From an uncultured Elusimicrobia bacterium (lineage in GTDB: Bacteria; Elusimicrobiota; Elusimicrobia; Elusimicrobiales; UBA9959): 40,113 bases of DNA. The position numbers and the translations under genes are program-made. The notes beneath the pieces are model-generated. The model was not told the origin of the DNA, made no database searches, and saw only the letters and a list, made by a program, of their open reading frames with translations. Shown here one piece after another: positions 34,738-40,113 of this stretch. The stretch spans positions 1-40,113 of the forward strand of contig CBDUMF010000001.1 of assembly GCA_965368225.1 (NCBI GenBank). The letters run 5' to 3'. The stretch's first letter is position 1. Every line of letters starts with the position of its first letter.

Positions 34738-36261
34738 TTATTTTTCTTTACCAATGACAAAATGGGTGCTTAAAGGCACGTTCGCTTTAAAATATTTGTA
34801 ACCCGCCTCAAGAACCCCTGCCTCCTTTGCCTCAACCTGTTTCCAGCCGGAAGCAGTAAGATAAAAAAGGAAAATTTTCCCTTCATTTGCTTGCCGCGCT
34901 TTAAACTCAAAACTCAATGCTCCGGAGGTCCGGACATTGCAGACAAACTGGAAAGCTTTCAATACATCATAACTGACGGGAAAATTTTTCAGGAGTTTTT
35001 CCGGAAGTTGTCCCTCTTTCATTAAAAGACTTACGGCGGCGGGTCCCCTCATTTCAGTCTTAAAAGATATCCCCCTTATATCCGACATACTTGAACGAGC
35101 TTCTATATTATAAAGAATTCCCCGCGCCGAAATTCTGACGGGTTTTGAATTAATTTCATACAGGAATGTCTTTGCATTTTCTATCTGCTCGCCGGCCATA
35201 ACCAGCCGCCCGGCGGGAACAATCCTCTTCCTGAACGGACGTCCGAATCTGAGCGAGAGCGAAATAATATGCGAATTCCCCAAGTCGCCATAAGGACTGA
35301 AGGCATAGTCAAAACTGAAATTTTTAAGCCTGAAACCCACGCCGCTCGCAATTCCGCTGACTGCTCCGAGTTCATTTCCATGCATCCTGTATTTATAGCC
35401 GGCTCTCAGCACAAGCTTGTCACCCAGAACCTGTTCGGTTCCGATTTTGAAAAACGGATAATTGTCTATTCTTTTTTCAATGTCGAAGGAAACGAGGGAA
35501 TTTTCCGAGAGTTTATGGCTCAGGCCCGCATTGAAAATAAGCGGCAAGTCATATCTTCTTGAAACGAACTTCACCCCCGGCCCAATGTTCAAAACCGAAA
35601 ACCCTCCTCTAAACTCCCTTCCAAACAAAATTAAATCTCTCATCACGCCAACGTCCAAAGCAAAAGTCGAGCCGCTTTCATTCTCTATGGACTGCCTTAT
35701 GAATTTTACCGCCGCTCCGCCATTCCACTCACCAGCGAACTTAAAGGCATAAGCGACCTTAAAAGCCAGGTCGTCGGCGCTGAACTTCCCTTCAGCCGAA
35801 GTCAGGGGATTCAAGGGGTCATCCTCGTTCAGACCGCTTCTTTTCTCCAGGTCTTTTGGAATAGACAAATAATTCAAACTAAAACCCGCTACCCCGTCTC
35901 TTAGAAAGGTGTTTTTAATATAGATCACTTTTTTGGCGTCAAGGCTGAAGGTAAGAAACTCCTGTTTCAAGCCCTGAAAATAATCGTTGTGAGAAAAACT
36001 TAAATCCCGGGTTCCTTTCAAAGAAAAAAGACCGGCAGGATTCCAGTAAATGGAATATGGGTCGCCGGCAACCGCAGTAAAAGCGCCCGCCATGGAAACG
36101 CTCCTTGCACCAACACCTATTTTCAAAAAAGAGGCAGAAGTACTGCCCGCAGAGGGATAAATCTTCGCCGCGTAAACGAAGGATAAAGGATAAAGGATAA
36201 AGGATAAAGGTAAAATAACGGCAGACAAAAAAGAAAAAAACAATTTCTTTGTATATTTAAT
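34738..36261 (-). CDS. PorV/PorQ-like outer-membrane beta-barrel protein (C-terminal 507 codons of the single ORF 34738..36612)
   Basis: Signal-peptide-like KYTKKLFFSFLSAVILPLSFILYPLSFVYA|AK, then FLKIGVGARSVSMAGAFTAVAGDPYSIYWNPAGL, the hallmark N-terminal motif of PorV-type barrels, then alternating beta-strand pattern. No ATG at the signal peptide; the codon at the junction is ATT. Confidence 0.65.
   Translation of the reverse strand: MKYTKKLFFSFLSAVILPLSFILYPLSFVYAAKIYPSAGSTSASFLKIGVGARSVSMAGAFTAVAGDPYSIYWNPAGLFSLKGTRDLSFSHNDYFQGLKQEFLTFSLDAKKVIYIKNTFLRDGVAGFSLNYLSIPKDLEKRSGLNEDDPLNPLTSAEGKFSADDLAFKVAYAFKFAGEWNGGAAVKFIRQSIENESGSTFALDVGVMRDLILFGREFRGGFSVLNIGPGVKFVSRRYDLPLIFNAGLSHKLSENSLVSFDIEKRIDNYPFFKIGTEQVLGDKLVLRAGYKYRMHGNELGAVSGIASGVGFRLKNFSFDYAFSPYGDLGNSHIISLSLRFGRPFRKRIVPAGRLVMAGEQIENAKTFLYEINSKPVRISARGILYNIEARSSMSDIRGISFKTEMRGPAAVSLLMKEGQLPEKLLKNFPVSYDVLKAFQFVCNVRTSGALSFEFKARQANEGKIFLFYLTASGWKQVEAKEAGVLEAGYKYFKANVPLSTHFVIGKEK
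36181..36213. repeat. (GGATAAA)x4.5 heptad tract inside the PorV-like signal-peptide coding region
   Basis: Read directly. On the minus strand, CCTTTAT x4 encodes PLSFILYPLSF. Confidence 0.9.
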
Positions 36262-36612
36262 ATTCTTTGAACGAAGTTTTTTTACAATAGATGTTAATAT
36301 GGCGGTTAATTCATCCGATTCGGAGTATAAGGATTTTAATTTTTCACAATTCCCGATTTTGAGAGCGAGAAAAACTTTCAGCCAATACCTCGTTTCCCGC
36401 GCTTCCTTTTTAGATATATTCGCGCTATGAATAAAATCGGCATCCGTCAATCCTCCCGAAGCTTCTTCCCAATTCGCTCCCATGGACATGGAAGAATTCA
36501 ACAACTGCCTATACATTTCAATATAAATTCTATTGTATGGCAAGGAGTTTATAAACTTCGCCACGCTTACCGCAAATTCAAATATTCTCTCTCCCAGTTT
36601 TTTCTCTTTCAT
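36262..36612 (-). CDS. four-helix-bundle protein module (23S rRNA intervening-sequence protein / Avd family), with no stop codon before the PorV-like part
   Basis: The order of motifs (QLLNSSMSMGANWEEA, DFIHSANISKKEARETRYWL, ELTAILTSIVKKL) and the about 117-aa length match that family. GGGAG lies 7 nt before the ATG. Confidence 0.85.
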
Positions 36613-36687
36613 CCCTTCTCCCTTATCTTCATTCCTTATCCTTTCTCCTTTCTCCCTTATCCTTTATCCTTCATCCCTTATCCTTAT
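36613..36687. repeat. heptad tract (TCCCTTA / TCCTTTC / TCCTTCA words) filling the whole spacer between the cargo-gene stop and the four-helix-bundle ATG
   Basis: Read directly. It is complementary in word type to 36181-36213, and bases 36662-36683 equal 19473-19494. Confidence 0.9.
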
Positions 36688-39600
36688 TTAATGTATTATC
36701 GCCAGTTTTTTCACTATTTTCTTGCTCCCGGAAGGCGAACGAGCCTCCACCTTGTAAATATAAACCCCCGAAGCATAGTTCGTTATTTTCCACTTTATTT
36801 CAGAAACTATTCCGGCTGGGCAATTGGGTTTTTCAAGGCGCGCTACCTTTTCGCCGGCGACATTGTAAACATCTATCGTGACATATGATTTATCCGCCAC
36901 GTAAAACTTGAAAGTCAGTTCGTCCCCCCGGGCCGGGTTGGGATAAGTGTAAACCTTGTCGTAAACCAGCAGTTCCCCCGAAGGTATATATTCCATAATC
37001 CTGAAGTATGAAAAATGCGTGGTAATCGCCTTAACCTTTTTCTCGGAGAACAAGACCTCGCTGTTATTGAACATCATCCATCTTCCTTCAAAATACGTGT
37101 ACATTCTTAAATTTTCTTCATCCATTCCACTAATCTCTTCTTTTGTGTAGGGCAGTTTTACTGTCGCTTTTCCTATCAGTTTTGTAGCGGGATTTTCAAA
37201 TTTTATCTCGTAGATTATGCCAGTAGGATTGGCCCCTGCGGATTTAACCTTAAGCATGGACGGGCTGAAGGCGCTTGTATCAATCTTTGTAATAAGTATA
37301 TTATCGTTCTGGCTGACTCCATTCGGGGGTACGTTCACCTCGGCCCCATCTTTAAGTCTTATGGCGCCTCCATTGGCAGCGTCGAGAAAACGCCAATTAT
37401 CCGCTGAAATCCCGAATGCCTCATTTGACATAGGGGAATCATTGCTGCTGTCGAAAGCCGCCACCCTGTAATAGTACTTCACATTCACATTGGCGGAAGG
37501 ATCTATGTATTTTGAAACGCCGGCCGAAACCGAATCATAGGGAGCACTGGAAACATAAGCAGTCATCTTCAATCTTCTGTATATTTTGTATCCATAAACG
37601 TCATTTTCACCCGTTCCGTCATCCGGCGACAAACTCCAGGTTAACGTCAGACTCCCGCCGTGGTCGCCCTGAGTATCTTCCACCTGAAGATTGGAAGGGG
37701 GAGCCGGAGCGGTGGAATCAAACGTCGCCCACTGCGAGGGAATATTTGAAACTGCGCTTTCATTCCCGTTAGAATCCCTCGTTTTGATAGCAAAATAATA
37801 TGTGACACCTCCAAAAAGTCCGTCTATCTTTTCACTTTCTTCAAACCCTGCCTCCCCACCACAGACTCTTGAAGATTTAAACACATCCATTAAATCGAAA
37901 TCCGTCGAAAAAGAGGAATATTTTATCGCGTAATAAGCCGCCGTGCCCACATCCCCATCGTCTCCGGGAGCAGTCCACGACAACTCCACTTCTCCACCTT
38001 TTTTGCCCCTGATAACCGCCAAATCGCTTATCGCCGAGGGCATGGTATTATCGCTTGAAGGGTCATTATCTATGGAATAAGCAGTAGATTCATTCGAATT
38101 TACGCTTTCCACATAATTATCAAACGTCCTGAGAATATAAGTGAAAGTTGTACCTGTAATTGCAGTTGAATCGATATATGAAAGTGTTGAAGAGCTAACA
38201 GAAGTCAAATAAGAAAAATCGCCGCTTTCTTTTTTTCTATATATACGATAAGAAGTATAGTAGGGGGATGTGGAAGCCTCCCAGGAAAGACTTATTTTAT
38301 TCCCGCTGTCTGAGGGCACATCAGACGCGGTTAGATTCGAAGGCGGGGCCGGCGGATGATTTACTCTCACTGTCAAACGCGCTGTATTGTCGGAAGTATG
38401 AGCAACACTTTCATTCACCGTCAACCTAATTGTGTAAACCCCATTTGAAACCCCGCTTGTGTCCCATATTCCCAAAATCCCATTCTTAATTTCAGAAGAG
38501 GTATTACTTGAAATTATGGTAGACCACGAACCTGGATTCTCACCCTCTCCGTATTCAAGAAGATATCCCGAAAGATTCGGATTTCTCACATAGCCTTTTA
38601 TCTCAACGTTCTCATCGACAACCTCATAAGAATACGGGCTGGAAATGGAAACCACCTTCTTTGCCTCATATGCTATCAGTCGTCCGCCATTTCTTCCTAT
38701 AAAGACCATGCCATTGGATATAGCCGGAGATGAGTAGCACGATGTGGAAAGATTTATATCTCCCATTACAGAAGCTCCGCTTGAACTAACCGCCACCAGT
38801 CTGCCGTCAGGAGTGCCAACATATATCACTTCGTTCGCCATTGAAGGGGAAGACAAAAATCCCACCATGGCGGTATTTCCCAAAGTCGGGGAGCTTGCCC
38901 AAACAGACGACAACGAATCTCTCTTATAGGCATATAAAGTCAGAGGCGAAGACCCCATACCAAAATATATGTTTTTGTCAGTTATAACGGGAGATGTCAC
39001 CTCAGCCTCTCCGCTTATATTTATAGCATCCGAAACAATTATCTGATTACCGTCCTCCGCTTTGAAAATAAAAAGACTCTTTTCATCGTGTCCCGGCAGA
39101 GCATAAACACTGCCAGAACTGACGGAAACAGCGTTTATGCCAAAACTTCCTTTCGTTTGCTGAGTCCCTGAAGGAATCCAATCAAAAACGCCTGTATTCC
39201 TGTCCAGGGCATAAATCCTTCCATCGTTCGCCCCAAAGTAAATTTTATTGCCGTCGCTTGAGGGAGCGCCGTCAAGCGGCTGATCTATCTTATACTCCCA
39301 TAACACCTGCCCGCTGGACGCGTTCAAAGCGATGATTTTATTAGCCGGCATCCCCATTCCGACATAAACCGCTCCTTCAAAATAAAGTGGCGAGGAAACG
39401 GAAGGAGCGCCCAAATTTTTCTGCCACAAAATATTGCCGGTGTTCCTGTCCAGGGCGTAGAGATTTCCGTCCCTTGAAGGCACAAAAACGGCCGCGCTTG
39501 AAACCGCCGGAGTTGCATCCACCCAGTCATCCGTGGAATAATCCCAGATAAGCTCTCCCGTTTCAGCATTAATGGCATACACGCTTCCCGAACGAGCACC

Positions 39601-39879
39601 GATATAAACCACTCCCTCATAAACGACGGGACTTGAAATGACATCTCCTTGAATTTGAAAGTCCCATACTTTGCTCAAGGGGGGATATGCTTGTTCGCGC
39701 GCAAAACCCGTTCTTTGATTATTGCCCCTGAAAGTCGGCCAATCGGCGCAGTAGGTTATCTGGTAATTAGGCAATAAGGCAACAAGTATAAATATTATTA
39801 AGGCTATCACAAAATAATACCCATTGAACGAATAGTCGTAATGTTTTAACCGTGCGTTTTTTCTTAATCGCGTTTTCAT
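36688..39879 (-). CDS. large secreted/surface protein: PQQ-like beta-propeller repeats + FN3 domains + C-terminal T9SS-type (FlgD-Ig-like) sorting domain
   Basis: N-terminal signal-anchor. Repeated G.VY.G..DG.LYALD..TG...W units. PPAPPSNL...LSW FN3 starts. The C-terminus YTYPNPARGDELTFKF...IDVYNVAGEKV...GVYIYKV is typical of T9SS CTDs. Confidence 0.8.
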   Translation of the reverse strand: MKTRLRKNARLKHYDYSFNGYYFVIALIIFILVALLPNYQITYCADWPTFRGNNQRTGFAREQAYPPLSKVWDFQIQGDVISSPVVYEGVVYIGARSGSVYAINAETGELIWDYSTDDWVDATPAVSSAAVFVPSRDGNLYALDRNTGNILWQKNLGAPSVSSPLYFEGAVYVGMGMPANKIIALNASSGQVLWEYKIDQPLDGAPSSDGNKIYFGANDGRIYALDRNTGVFDWIPSGTQQTKGSFGINAVSVSSGSVYALPGHDEKSLFIFKAEDGNQIIVSDAINISGEAEVTSPVITDKNIYFGMGSSPLTLYAYKRDSLSSVWASSPTLGNTAMVGFLSSPSMANEVIYVGTPDGRLVAVSSSGASVMGDINLSTSCYSSPAISNGMVFIGRNGGRLIAYEAKKVVSISSPYSYEVVDENVEIKGYVRNPNLSGYLLEYGEGENPGSWSTIISSNTSSEIKNGILGIWDTSGVSNGVYTIRLTVNESVAHTSDNTARLTVRVNHPPAPPSNLTASDVPSDSGNKISLSWEASTSPYYTSYRIYRKKESGDFSYLTSVSSSTLSYIDSTAITGTTFTYILRTFDNYVESVNSNESTAYSIDNDPSSDNTMPSAISDLAVIRGKKGGEVELSWTAPGDDGDVGTAAYYAIKYSSFSTDFDLMDVFKSSRVCGGEAGFEESEKIDGLFGGVTYYFAIKTRDSNGNESAVSNIPSQWATFDSTAPAPPSNLQVEDTQGDHGGSLTLTWSLSPDDGTGENDVYGYKIYRRLKMTAYVSSAPYDSVSAGVSKYIDPSANVNVKYYYRVAAFDSSNDSPMSNEAFGISADNWRFLDAANGGAIRLKDGAEVNVPPNGVSQNDNILITKIDTSAFSPSMLKVKSAGANPTGIIYEIKFENPATKLIGKATVKLPYTKEEISGMDEENLRMYTYFEGRWMMFNNSEVLFSEKKVKAITTHFSYFRIMEYIPSGELLVYDKVYTYPNPARGDELTFKFYVADKSYVTIDVYNVAGEKVARLEKPNCPAGIVSEIKWKITNYASGVYIYKVEARSPSGSKKIVKKLAIIH

Positions 39880-39946
39880 TTCATCCTTCCCATTTCCGCA
39901 GAGCCCTGTCCGCCGTTCGTTTGGCGGATGCGCTCTGCATCTACAA

Positions 39947-39981
39947 CTGACTCCTGACTCTCGACTCCTGACTTCCGACTT
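39947..39981. repeat. heptad tract CTGACTC CTGACTC TCGACTC CTGACTT CCGACTT
   Basis: Read directly. Bases 39962-39980 are the exact reverse complement of 10848-10866. Confidence 0.9.
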
Positions 39982-40035
39982 TGATTTATAGGCAGAGCTG
40001 CGCTCTGCAGCTACATTTCTGTTTTTTTCTCCTCA

Positions 40036-40113
40036 CTCCTCACTTTTCACTCTTTACTTTTCACTCCTCGCTTATTAGCGAGGAGTGAAAAGTAAAGAGT
40101 GAAAAGTGAGGAG
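40036..40113. repeat. perfect 37-bp inverted repeat with a 4-nt loop, built from heptad words and truncated by the window end
   Basis: CTCCTCACTTTTCACTCTTTACTTTTCACTCCTCGCT-tatt-AGCGAGGAGTGAAAAGTAAAGAGTGAAAAGTGAGGAG. Confidence 0.9.

Noticed and set aside
36262-36612. Diversity-generating retroelement (the 4HB protein is Avd-like)
   Set aside because: I could not detect a reverse transcriptase gene or a template/variable repeat pair with adenine-specific differences anywhere in the 40 kb. It is treated as a stand-alone 4HB cassette.
40036-40113. Hairpin telomere of a linear replicon
   Set aside because: Nothing else in the window suggests a linear plasmid or phage (no telomere resolvase, no replication or partition genes). 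A repeat-family stem or an assembly fold-back is more parsimonious.

Overview
This is 40.1 kb of gene-dense, chromosome-like bacterial DNA. It appears to come from an uncultivated diderm: it carries LPS/envelope genes (kdsC, a heptose-1-P adenylyltransferase, a YejM-like protein, an ArnC/ArnT-like GT2+GT39 pair) and a T9SS-type cargo gene next to a PorV-like barrel. I support about 40 protein genes. Most lie on the minus strand in long co-directional strings with overlapping stop and start codons. There is one RNA gene, a type A RNase P RNA on the minus strand at about 19526-19891. I saw no tRNA, rRNA, CRISPR, transposase, integrase or phage genes.

Gene blocks:
- (i) 392-10653: response regulator + HD-GYP; a GNAT-fold acyltransferase + a serine-palmitoyltransferase-like alpha-oxoamine synthase; an hldC-like gene; accC / Zn-ribbon-TPR membrane protein / accB; cdd; mtnP; glyA.
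- (ii) 11007-18671: MFS transporter, ccdA, kdsC, YejM-like, GT2 + GT39, rlmN.
- (iii) 18672-20195: 1.5 kb with no credible ORF, holding rnpB, tandem repeats and a 270-bp element bounded by inverted repeats.
- (iv) 20195-32112: rnhA, a COG1579 Zn-ribbon protein, metF, lepB, lepA, then a contiguous hpf-hprK-rapZ-EIIA-EIIB-EIIC-EIID(Man family)-ptsH-ptsI string.
- (v) 32320-34734: an ABC-2 exporter plus a nucleotidyltransferase-like gene.
- (vi) 34738-39879: a PorV-like barrel, a four-helix-bundle (23S-IVS/Avd family) module, and a 1063-aa PQQ-propeller/FN3/T9SS-CTD protein.

The most unusual content is non-coding. A dispersed family of mosaic repeats with 7-nt periodicity occurs at five loci, and the loci share exact 19-22 nt words in both orientations. 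These repeats form inverted arms around the four-helix-bundle gene, abut rnpB, and end the window as a perfect 37-bp palindrome. The four-helix-bundle cassette with its heptad arms is my best candidate for something undescribed. A second candidate is the SPT-like + GNAT-fold pair, which could be a sphingolipid-type lipid module. All functional readings are inferred from sequence alone; no searches were run.
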